NCBI GenBank assembly: GCA_037446635.1
Contig: JBBIIG010000001.1
Coordinates: 149,638-213,637, forward strand
Direction: 5' to 3'
Length of the DNA: 64,000 nt
Source of the DNA: a bacterium
GTDB taxonomy: Bacteria; Zhuqueibacterota; Zhuqueibacteria; Oceanimicrobiales; Oceanimicrobiaceae
The notes beneath the pieces are model-generated. The model was not told the origin of the DNA. It was given only the letters and a program-made list of their open reading frames with translations, and did no database searches. Numbering within the stretch: the first letter of the stretch is position 1; each line of letters starts with the position of its first letter. Both the position numbers and the translations under genes were made by a program. Shown piece by piece: positions 1-8,153 of the stretch.

Positions 1-1
1 G

Positions 2-829
2 CTTTTCTAATTTCTTCACTTTCGCGATCGCGGCGTTAATTTCCGCTTGCAGCGCGTGATTTTGTTGCATCGCGATGACGGCGTGCAACGAATCCAACTG
101 CGCGTTCAGCTTTTCCTGCGCAATGGCCAATTCATCGGCAAAGTTCTGCTGCCAGGCCAGCAGACGTTTTTCCTCCAACTTATTCAGCTCCTGCTTCCAG
201 AGCCAAAAATTTTGCGAGTTGAGCTCATGCTTGAGATCGGGATCGGCGTTCAAGCGAATGCCGTCGGAGATTTCATAGCGCAGGTTGCGGACGAACGTGC
301 GCTGTTTCGCCGGGTCGGCGTCGCAACTGCTTTTAATTTTTGAATTAAAAACGCACACCATTTCCAGTTTCTTTCCCACTTCTTGCAACCGTTGCTGCAA
401 AACTTTCTGGCTTATTTTATGCGCACGAACTTTCGCCGGTGGAGTTGCCGCGACGCCTTCGTGCCCGGCGATTGCCGGCAGTAGATTGGCGTCGTGGTAG
501 GCGAGATTCAAAATGATTTCCGCATCCGCGACGCTGATTTGAGTGTCGAGGTTGCTGGCGTTGAGGATTCCCACCGCAATCCGTTCGACCTGCTCCGGCT
601 GGATTTCGCCGCGGTGGGCGCGTTCAACAATTGTCTGCCATTTGTTGGCTATGATCTCCCGCTCTGCGCCCGCCGGCAGCAGAGCAAGAAACTGCTGGCC
701 AAGCAACTGCAGCGAACGGTCAAAAACGTTGTCACGGAATTGTTGATTGTCGGACACGACAAAATAAATGATCGCCGATAACAGCAGCACACCGGCAATC
801 ACTGCAATATTTTTGAAAATGCCTGCCAA
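2..829 (-). CDS. Hypothetical protein with N-terminal membrane anchor (partial, runs off window start)
   Basis: GGGAGG RBS then TTG at 829; reads (M)AGIFKNIAVIAGVLLLSAIIYFVVSDNQQFRDNVFDRSLQLLG...; not in the ORF track because it is truncated. Confidence 0.65.
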   Translation of the reverse strand, partial: MAGIFKNIAVIAGVLLLSAIIYFVVSDNQQFRDNVFDRSLQLLGQQFLALLPAGAEREIIANKWQTIVERAHRGEIQPEQVERIAVGILNASNLDTQISVADAEIILNLAYHDANLLPAIAGHEGVAATPPAKVRAHKISQKVLQQRLQEVGKKLEMVCVFNSKIKSSCDADPAKQRTFVRNLRYEISDGIRLNADPDLKHELNSQNFWLWKQELNKLEEKRLLAWQQNFADELAIAQEKLNAQLDSLHAVIAMQQNHALQAEINAAIAKVKKLEK

Positions 830-903
830 GGCTACCTCCCGATTTATTTGAAATGAAATCAGCTTAAAATACTTTGCGGCGAAAGAAAAGGTTCCACGCC
901 ATT

Positions 904-2676
904 TCAGTGGCGGCGGAAGCGGCGATCGAGCTCGTCGAGCGACAGAGTGATGATCACCGGGCGGCCGTGCGGGCAAAAATAGGGCTCGCGGGTGGCGAAA
1001 AGCTGATCTATGAGAGCGTTCATGGCGTCCAGGGTGAGCGGGTCGCCGGCGCGAATGGCAGAATGGCAGGCAAACGACTTGGCGACGTTGTCGCGAATAT
1101 CGGCGCTGTCTTTTTTTTCGCGCTTGAAGTCGTCCAAAATATCGAGCAGCATTTTTTCATCGTTGTAAATGCGCAGTCCGGAGGGCACGCCCTCTACCAC
1201 CACGGTATTTTTTCCAAACGCTTTAATGATAAAGCCGATGCGCTCCAAAAACGGGATGATATCCAGCAACAGCGAGTAATCTTCCGCCGAAAGCTCGACG
1301 ACTTGCGGAAACAGCAATTGCTGCGAAGCCGGCTGGCGGCGCTCGAAATGGTCCAGCGCCTGCTCGTACAAAATGCGCTCGTGCGCCACGTGCTGGTCGA
1401 TGATGATCAACCCGCTTTTGATTTGCGAGACGATATACTTGTTGTGAATTTGCCAAACGTTGGTGCGCTCAAAAATTTCTTTGCTGCGTTGCGTTGCAGG
1501 AACCACCGTCGCTCGCGGTTGCTCTTGGTGATGAAGAAACGACGGCGGCGCCCAAATTTTTTCCGCCTCTTTGTTCACACTGGCCGCGCTAAAATCGAAT
1601 TTATTTTGACGCGGCTCTACATTCACGGCGGAGGCAAACGCCGGATTCTCGAGATTTTGAAATTTGGACAACTCCGGCGCGACCGCGTGAGAAGTCAGCG
1701 CGCGCTTGATGGCGCCGCGCACCGTGCTGAACACCAGCGCCTCGTTGGCAAATTTGATCTCCATTTTGGTGGGATGAACGTTGACGTCGGCGTGGTCGGG
1801 CGGCATCGCAATAAAAATCAAGTACACTGGAAAATAGCCGCGCGGCAGGATGTCGCCGTACGCCGAAATGGCGGCGTAGTTGAGACTTTTGTTGGAAAAA
1901 TAACGGCGATTGAAAAACAGATATTGATCGCCGCGCGAGCTGCGCATCGTGTCCTGGTTGCCGATGAAACCGCTAATCGAAATTTCTCCTCCGTTGGAAA
2001 TAGGAATGAGATTTTTTTGAATGCGCGCTCCCAGCACTGCGCCCACTCGTTCTTCGAGGGATTGCGGCTTCAGCTCCCAAACCAGCTCGCCTTCATTTAC
2101 TAAAGTAAATTGAATTTCCGGGTAGGCCAGGTAAAAGCGGTTCAGCACTGTGAGAATCTGGCGGTATTCGGTGCTGGTGGCGCGCAAAAATTTTCGGCGC
2201 GCCGGCGTGTTGTAAAAAAGATGTTTGACCGAAATGGCCGTGCCCGGCTGGCCCGCGGCCGCGGCTATCTCCTGCATCACGCCGCCCTCGATGTTGAGGG
2301 CGTAACCGGACGATTCGCCCGGCAGCACCGACTTCGCTTCCACGTGCGCCACCGAGGCGATGCTCGCCAGCGCCTCCCCGCGAAATCCCAAAGTTTGAAT
2401 GTTGACGAGATCGTCGTAGCTGAAAATTTTGCTGGTGGCGTGACGCTGAAACGCCAGCAGCAGATCGGCCTGGCTCATCCCGCTGCCGTTGTCCACCACC
2501 TGAATGAGCGCCTTACCGCCCTCTTTGATGATGATGGTGATTTCCGTGGCGCCGGCGTCGATGGCGTTTTCCACCAACTCCTTCACCACCGAGGCCGGTC
2601 GATCCACCACCTCGCCGGCGGCGATCTTGTTGGTGAGATCTTCGGGAAGGATTTTGATTTTGTTATTCTGATTCAT
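904..2676 (-). CDS. mutL: DNA mismatch repair endonuclease MutL
   Basis: IAAGEVVDRPASVVKELVENAIDAG, GFRGEALASI, DVNVHPTK; C-terminal DQHVAHERILYE and CPHGRP endonuclease motifs. Confidence 0.98.
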   Translation of the reverse strand: MNQNNKIKILPEDLTNKIAAGEVVDRPASVVKELVENAIDAGATEITIIIKEGGKALIQVVDNGSGMSQADLLLAFQRHATSKIFSYDDLVNIQTLGFRGEALASIASVAHVEAKSVLPGESSGYALNIEGGVMQEIAAAAGQPGTAISVKHLFYNTPARRKFLRATSTEYRQILTVLNRFYLAYPEIQFTLVNEGELVWELKPQSLEERVGAVLGARIQKNLIPISNGGEISISGFIGNQDTMRSSRGDQYLFFNRRYFSNKSLNYAAISAYGDILPRGYFPVYLIFIAMPPDHADVNVHPTKMEIKFANEALVFSTVRGAIKRALTSHAVAPELSKFQNLENPAFASAVNVEPRQNKFDFSAASVNKEAEKIWAPPSFLHHQEQPRATVVPATQRSKEIFERTNVWQIHNKYIVSQIKSGLIIIDQHVAHERILYEQALDHFERRQPASQQLLFPQVVELSAEDYSLLLDIIPFLERIGFIIKAFGKNTVVVEGVPSGLRIYNDEKMLLDILDDFKREKKDSADIRDNVAKSFACHSAIRAGDPLTLDAMNALIDQLFATREPYFCPHGRPVIITLSLDELDRRFRRH

Positions 2677-2679
2677 ATC

Positions 2680-3369
2680 CTACAACATGCCCGAATCCGC
2701 AAAACTGAAATAACCTTTATCGCCGATGATCACGTGATCCAGCACATTCACTCCTACCACCTGGCACGCCGATTTGAGCAATTTAGTCACGCGCTTGTCC
2801 TCCTCGCTGGGCTCCGGATTGCCGGAGGGGTGGTTGTGAATGAACACCACCGCAGCCGCGGCGTGATTGATGGCCTCTTTGATCACCTCGCGCGGGCTGA
2901 CGATACTTTCCATCAAGCTGCCTTCAAAAAGTGTTTTCTCCGCGATGAGCGTGTTGCGGCTGGTGAGCAGCATCACTTTGAAAACCTCGCGGCTTAAATT
3001 TTTTAGATGCGGGCTGGCGATCTTATACACGTCGTCGCTGCCGTCAATCTTTTCTTTGACACGAACGCTCTCCAGAAAAAATCGTTTCCCTAATTCCAAC
3101 GCGGCTTTGATTTGCGCGGCTTTGGCCTCGCCGATGCCGTTGACCTGGCACAGCTCCGCCACCGAGCGTGCGTCGATGCCGTGGAAGCCGCCAAAGTCCT
3201 GCAGCAGCTTGCGGGCAAGATCGATGGCGGTGGTATCCTGATTGCCCACCCGCAAAAGGATGGCGAGGATTTCGGCGTCGGAGAGCTTGTCGGCGCCAAA
3301 TTTAATCAGACGCTCGCGGGGCCGCTCGTCTTCCGGCCACTCGGGAATTTTGGGTGAATAGCGTGCCAT
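2680..3369 (-). CDS. radC: RadC family JAB-domain protein
   Basis: ERPRERL N-terminus, GIGEAKA HhH, HNHPSGNPEPSEED and LDHVII. Confidence 0.96.
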   Translation of the reverse strand: MARYSPKIPEWPEDERPRERLIKFGADKLSDAEILAILLRVGNQDTTAIDLARKLLQDFGGFHGIDARSVAELCQVNGIGEAKAAQIKAALELGKRFFLESVRVKEKIDGSDDVYKIASPHLKNLSREVFKVMLLTSRNTLIAEKTLFEGSLMESIVSPREVIKEAINHAAAAVVFIHNHPSGNPEPSEEDKRVTKLLKSACQVVGVNVLDHVIIGDKGYFSFADSGML

Positions 3370-3376
3370 CGGAAAT

Positions 3377-3406
3377 TAAAAAGCCGCAGTCGTTGGCCGC
3401 GGCTTT
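3377..3406 (-). terminator. Rho-independent terminator-like hairpin after the secreted-protein pair, directly upstream of radC
   Basis: Minus strand AAAGCCGCGGCCAACGACTGCGGCTTTTT. Confidence 0.6.
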
Positions 3407-3424
3407 GTCAAATATTTTTTGGGA

Positions 3425-3502
3425 TTTGAAAAATGAAAATGCAAACCTCAAAGTCAAAATTTGAAATTCTCACTTTGCATTTTTCAATTTTCATTCTGCA
3501 TT
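3425..3502. repeat. Degenerate short AT-rich tandem/inverted repeats (AAATG(A/C)A ... T(G/T)CATTT)
   Basis: tttgaaaaatgaaaatgcaaa ... tttgcatttttcaattttcattctgcatt. Confidence 0.45.
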
Positions 3503-3513
3503 GATTTTACGAT

Positions 3514-5457
3514 TTATTGCACCAGCGCCATCTTCCGCGTCGCCACCAAGCGTCCGGATTGCAACCGATAAACATAAATCCCCGAAGACAACTTTTGCCC
3601 GTCGTCGCCGGTGCCATCCCACGTGACCCGATAAAATCCCGGCGGCTGCTCGTCGTTCACCAGCGTTTTCACTTCGTTGCCGAGAACATTGTAGATTTTC
3701 AAAACCGTCCGTTCCCCGGCTGAACTGGCTGGTAATTGATACTGAATTTCAGTGATGGGATTGAATGGGTTGGGAAAATTCTGCGCCAGCATAAACGTTT
3801 CCGGCAAACCAATAGTCGCGGTTACGATGTTGGAGTACTCGAATGCGCCGTCGGTATCGATTTGCCGCAAACGGTAGTCGTACTCGCCTGCCTGCAAATT
3901 GCGATCAACAAATTCATAGCGCGACGGAGACGTGGTGGTGCCGCTGCCAGCGACGAACCCCAACGTGATCCATTCACTCTCGCGAGGTCGGCGCTCGACT
4001 TCAAAACCAAAATTGTTGGTTTCGGTGGCCGTGAGCCATTCGAGATAAACATTTTGCTCCACCACCGTGGCATTGAACGCCACCAGCTCGACTGGCACCG
4101 AGCCAAAGTCCTGCGGCGCAAATTCCAATTGCAGCGGGTTCTGTTCGTTCAAAGCGATCTGGCTGCCGATGCTGCTGTCATATTCCTTCCCCAAAAAATA
4201 TCCCTGGTAGCTCAATGTGAACGGCGGGGTGATGCCGTCGGTAATGTTGATGCCCACGTCGCCGTACGATTTCTTGTCGCCGGTATCGCCGTTGTCGTTC
4301 GCGCTGTTATCTTTGAAATAGAGCTCGCGTTTGCCGCCGACGGTTGGTTGCAGCGGAAAAAGATGAACCGCGGTACCGGGGTTGCCGTTGACATAAATCC
4401 AGTTGCCGCCGGGCAAAACGTTATCCACGGTGCGATTGAGGGTGGTTTCATTGGCCACGCCGTCAATGGCGAACCCGGGTTCCGGATTGTTGGCGCTCAC
4501 GAACTTCATGCCGACGGCGCTGGCGTTGAGATCGAAAGACATTCTCCCGCTCGAGACCGAGGCGTCGCCTAAATCCGGAATTGCGATGCTGACGTTTGCG
4601 GAGTATGGGTAATAAAATATCGGCGGGGTGCTAAAGTTAAGGTTCTGATCTGGAAAAGGAAATGGCACGTCAACATGAAGTGTAGCATCCAATTCGCGAA
4701 TCACCCGGACTCGCCCTTCCTTGAAGCGCACAGAGTCGGATCGCGATGCTTGAAATTGGATATCATCTTCGTCGATATTGACGCCCACCACCAGCGTCGC
4801 CCGAGAGCGAAACTTCAGTCGGTCGAGCAGATCGACGCCGCTGCCGCCGGCGGCAACCGGGATCATCAAATCTTCAGGGAAGCCATTTTTGCCGTTGGTC
4901 AATTCATAAAATTGCGAGACGATTTTATCCCTCGCAATATCCGCGCTGGTGGATTTGAAATATTGAATGTAATCGGCGAGATTTGGAGAAAGGCTCAGCG
5001 TGCGCGAGCGATATAAATAGACCCAGGCGGTTTTGCCGGAAAGAGGATCGATCAGCTTGATTTCATAGCGCACGAAGCCCCGCGAATCGAGATCGTCGAT
5101 CCACGAGAACGTGTTGCGGTCGCCGGCGTCTTTGGCCATGAACACCAATTCGTCGTTATCGTCTAGCCCCGCCACTTCATCGATGTTGGGATTGAAGTAT
5201 TTGCCGGCGCTATTTTTTTCATCGAACTGAAACGGGATGGGTTCCCAGAGGTTTGCGCCGCTGCGGTAGGCAAAAAGGAATAGTTCCTCGTCGGGCGTCA
5301 CCGCTGCGCCGACAAACTCCGGAAAAACTTCGCCGGAGATGATCACTGGCTCAAAATTTCTGTCGAGGGTTTTGAGCTGCGCCATCGTGGGGGCAGCGCA
5401 GAGAAACAACACCAAGCCGCCAGCGAAGGCATGAATTCGCATCGCGATCGGGTACAT
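3514..5457 (-). CDS. Secreted protein: unknown N-terminal domain plus C-terminal T9SS-type-A/FlgD-Ig-like sorting domain (paralog 1)
   Basis: Signal peptide; PVELVAF, ETNNFGFEVER, YRLRQIDTDG, LAQNFPNPFNP, WDGTGDDGQKLSSGIYVYRL. Confidence 0.85.
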   Translation of the reverse strand: MYPIAMRIHAFAGGLVLFLCAAPTMAQLKTLDRNFEPVIISGEVFPEFVGAAVTPDEELFLFAYRSGANLWEPIPFQFDEKNSAGKYFNPNIDEVAGLDDNDELVFMAKDAGDRNTFSWIDDLDSRGFVRYEIKLIDPLSGKTAWVYLYRSRTLSLSPNLADYIQYFKSTSADIARDKIVSQFYELTNGKNGFPEDLMIPVAAGGSGVDLLDRLKFRSRATLVVGVNIDEDDIQFQASRSDSVRFKEGRVRVIRELDATLHVDVPFPFPDQNLNFSTPPIFYYPYSANVSIAIPDLGDASVSSGRMSFDLNASAVGMKFVSANNPEPGFAIDGVANETTLNRTVDNVLPGGNWIYVNGNPGTAVHLFPLQPTVGGKRELYFKDNSANDNGDTGDKKSYGDVGINITDGITPPFTLSYQGYFLGKEYDSSIGSQIALNEQNPLQLEFAPQDFGSVPVELVAFNATVVEQNVYLEWLTATETNNFGFEVERRPRESEWITLGFVAGSGTTTSPSRYEFVDRNLQAGEYDYRLRQIDTDGAFEYSNIVTATIGLPETFMLAQNFPNPFNPITEIQYQLPASSAGERTVLKIYNVLGNEVKTLVNDEQPPGFYRVTWDGTGDDGQKLSSGIYVYRLQSGRLVATRKMALVQ

Positions 5458-5517
5458 GATCCCCTCCCTTGCTGAGATGCTAAGATGTGAAGCGGTTTTG
5501 CGGGCAGGCGAAAGATT

Positions 5518-7425
5518 TTACTGCACGAAAACCATTTTCCTGGTTTCGACAAAATGCCCAGACTGGAGGCGATAGATGTAAATACCCGAAGATGCGGTGC
5601 GGCCCGATTTGTCTTTTCCGTCCCAGGTGACAGAGTAATAACCGGGCGCCTCTTCCTTGTCAACTAAGGTGCGAATCTCCTCTCCCAGGAGATTATAAAT
5701 TTTTAGAACGGTGCGCGCCGAGCCGGAAGCTTGCCCCGCAACAGCGGCGATTTGATATTGAATTTCCGTCGATGGATTGAACGGATTAGGAAAATTTTGC
5801 AGCAGCGCAAACGTCTCCGGCAAGCCGACGGCGGCGCTAATGATGTCGCTGTATTCAAACGAGCCGTCGAGATCGAGCATCTTCAAACGATAGTCGTAGC
5901 TGCCGGCCGCCAACCCGCGGTCTTCAAAACGATAGCTGCTGACAGTGCGGCTGGTGCCGCTTCCTGGCACAAAAGCGAGGCTCTGCCATTCGCGGACACT
6001 GTGGGCGCGCCGCTCGATTTCAAAGCCGGCGTTGTTGACTTCGCTGGCAGTAACCCAGTTTAAAACGACGCTGTTTTTTTCCACTGAGAGGGAAAAGGAG
6101 GTGAGGGCCACCGCACCGAAGATGAATGGCTGCGCCGTGGTGTTCACGTCGAATGGGCTGCGCTCGAACGCGGCGATTTGCGCGCCGACGCTGCTGGGTT
6201 GATCGCTGCTTAGGAAGTAGCCAATATATTTAAAAGTCGCGGGCGGTGTGATTCCTCCGGAGATATCGTTGCCGATGTCGCCGTAAGACAAGCTATCGCC
6301 GGTATCGGATGTGTTCGGCGTCTTATCATCTTTATAGTAAAGCATACGGGCGTTGCCAACTGATTTTGATAGCGGAAAGAGATGCACAATCGTGCCCTGC
6401 GGCGAACCGCTGATGTACATCCAGTTGTTGTTAGGCAGCACGCTGTCGATCTCTTTGTTAGGACTATCTGGTACACCGTCGATGGTGAAACCGGGTTCCG
6501 GGTTGTTGGCGCTAACGAATTTCATGCCGGTGGCGTTGGCGTTGAGGTCGAAGGACATGCGGCCGGAGTCAACGGTTATTCCAACATCGGGAACGTCGAG
6601 CTGAACTACGGTCGAATAGGGATAATAAAAAAATGGTGGAGTGACATAATCAAACGTAAATACAAAAACTGTAATGGTAACATCCACCGCTCGGATAACG
6701 CGGATTAATCCCTCCTTGCGAAAAACATCGTCGCCCTGTTGGGCGTTGACGTTAAAATTATTCTCAGTAATATCACTGCCAAAAGCGCGCGAGCGGAATT
6801 TTAATACGTCCAACAAATCCTCGTTATTCCCCCCGCCCGCGTTTGTGATCTTTAAATCTTTCGGAAAACCGTTGGTGGAGTGGGCGATTTCGTAATACAA
6901 AGAACGAACCGTGTCCTGTCCGGCGTTGCCAGTGGTTGATGAGAAATAGGAAACGTAATCGGTGAGATTGGGATCGAGAATCAACGAGTTGGAGCGATAG
7001 AGATACACCCAGGCCTGGCCGCCGGCCGCGAGGGTATCCGCGACTTCGATTTCATAGCGAATGAAGTTAAGAGAATTGCCGTCATCAATCCAGTTGCTGC
7101 CATCGGCGCGGTCGCCGGCGTCGCGGGCCATGAAGACCAGTTCGTCATTGGCGTCCAGCCCTGTCACCTGATCGGCGATAAAATAACTGCCCGAGGTATC
7201 GCGCTCGTCAAATTGAAACGGAATTTGCTGCCAAAGGCCGTCGCGAAAAGCGAATAAAAATAACTCCCCCAGATTCGCGCCGGTGAAATCGGTTAATTTT
7301 TCGCCCGCCACCACCACCGGCTCGAGGTTTCGTTCAAGAGATTTGGGTTGGCTGAACGCGCCGGCTGAGTAGATTAAAAAGAGCGAAGTGAAAACAATAC
7401 GGGCATAGCATCTCCTTGAGAACAT
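5518..7425 (-). CDS. Secreted protein with the same architecture (paralog 2)
   Basis: Shares IPFQFDE, DELVFMA.DAGD and MKFVSANNPEPGF.IDG with paralog 1; LLQNFPNPFNP C-terminal domain. Confidence 0.85.
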   Translation of the reverse strand: MFSRRCYARIVFTSLFLIYSAGAFSQPKSLERNLEPVVVAGEKLTDFTGANLGELFLFAFRDGLWQQIPFQFDERDTSGSYFIADQVTGLDANDELVFMARDAGDRADGSNWIDDGNSLNFIRYEIEVADTLAAGGQAWVYLYRSNSLILDPNLTDYVSYFSSTTGNAGQDTVRSLYYEIAHSTNGFPKDLKITNAGGGNNEDLLDVLKFRSRAFGSDITENNFNVNAQQGDDVFRKEGLIRVIRAVDVTITVFVFTFDYVTPPFFYYPYSTVVQLDVPDVGITVDSGRMSFDLNANATGMKFVSANNPEPGFTIDGVPDSPNKEIDSVLPNNNWMYISGSPQGTIVHLFPLSKSVGNARMLYYKDDKTPNTSDTGDSLSYGDIGNDISGGITPPATFKYIGYFLSSDQPSSVGAQIAAFERSPFDVNTTAQPFIFGAVALTSFSLSVEKNSVVLNWVTASEVNNAGFEIERRAHSVREWQSLAFVPGSGTSRTVSSYRFEDRGLAAGSYDYRLKMLDLDGSFEYSDIISAAVGLPETFALLQNFPNPFNPSTEIQYQIAAVAGQASGSARTVLKIYNLLGEEIRTLVDKEEAPGYYSVTWDGKDKSGRTASSGIYIYRLQSGHFVETRKMVFVQ

Positions 7426-7479
7426 CTTTCCACCTTACCCCTTTCTAAAAAATTGACCAAAAACTGTAAACGGAGGGAA

Positions 7480-7818
7480 CTACTTAAAGCTTGCGATCGC
7501 CTCTTCGACGCTGTCGAAGGTTTCAAAAATGGTGATGAGTTTGGTAATCATAAACAGGCTTTGAACCTTGTCGGTGACGTTCGTCAACTTCAATTCGCCG
7601 CCGGCCGATTTCGTGGTGGTCAGCGACCCCATCAACGCGCCCAAGCCGGAGCTGTTCATCCACTTCACCTTCCCCAAATCGACCACGATTTTTTTAATAT
7701 TCTTGCCCACCAACTCCTTGACCTTTTCGTGAACTTCCATGGTCTCCGGACCACCCATCAGTTTTCCCGACAGCGTCAGTATCCCCACGTCACCTTGAAT
7801 CTTTTCTCTGATTGCCAT
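7480..7818 (-). CDS. STAS-domain anti-sigma factor antagonist
   Basis: VVDLGKVKWMNSSGLGAL motif; start taken at MAIREK after an AGGAGG RBS. Confidence 0.92.
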   Translation of the reverse strand: MAIREKIQGDVGILTLSGKLMGGPETMEVHEKVKELVGKNIKKIVVDLGKVKWMNSSGLGALMGSLTTTKSAGGELKLTNVTDKVQSLFMITKLITIFETFDSVEEAIASFK

Positions 7819-7880
7819 ACGATTTTTCCTCCTGCTCTCCCTTATGATAAACACCATTTTGGGTGGAAAATTTTAAGGCC

Positions 7881-7909
7881 AATGTAACATTATTTTAGAA
7901 GGATGTCAA
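7881..7909 (-). promoter_or_regulatory. Sigma70-type promoter for the STAS gene
   Basis: TTGACA-N17-TACATT with extended TG. Confidence 0.65.
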
Positions 7910-7959
7910 CAGAATTTTTTCGCTTGATTTTTTTTGAGTTTTGACGATAAGGTTATAAA

Positions 7960-8016
7960 CGGATTTCATGTTCTCCCTCCTCCGCGGTCGCCAGTGAAAG
8001 CTGGCGGCCGTTTTTA
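7960..8016 (+). ncRNA. Putative small RNA with a C-rich anti-Shine-Dalgarno-like tract and intrinsic terminator
   Basis: TTCTCCCTCCTCC, then a CGGTCGCCAG/CTGGCGGCCG stem and a T-run on the plus strand, where no plus-strand CDS lies upstream. Confidence 0.4.
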
Positions 8017-8064
8017 TTTTACCACTCTTCCTCGGAGATCATTAGTAAGGTTGATCAAATAAGA

Positions 8065-8104
8065 TGGAGTATTGGAGTATTGGAGTATTGGAGTATTGGA
8101 GTAT
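8065..8104. repeat. Perfect tandem octamer (TGGAGTAT)x5
   Basis: Read directly. Confidence 0.95.
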
Positions 8105-8153
8105 TGTAAACAACTGAGACTTTTTTATAACAGTAATGGTCAGACTTCAAAAA

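Noticed and set aside
874..2997. Long plus-strand ORFs (409 aa, 295 aa) opposite mutL/radC, and similar antisense ORFs across the window
   Set aside because: Shadow frames of well-supported genes; no motifs or RBS.
2680..3369. radC as a mobile-element marker
   Set aside because: Full-length chromosomal type with an N-terminal HhH region, coupled to mutL; no mobility genes nearby.
8065..8104. Tandem repeat considered as a CRISPR array
   Set aside because: 8-bp units with no spacers, and no cas genes in the window.
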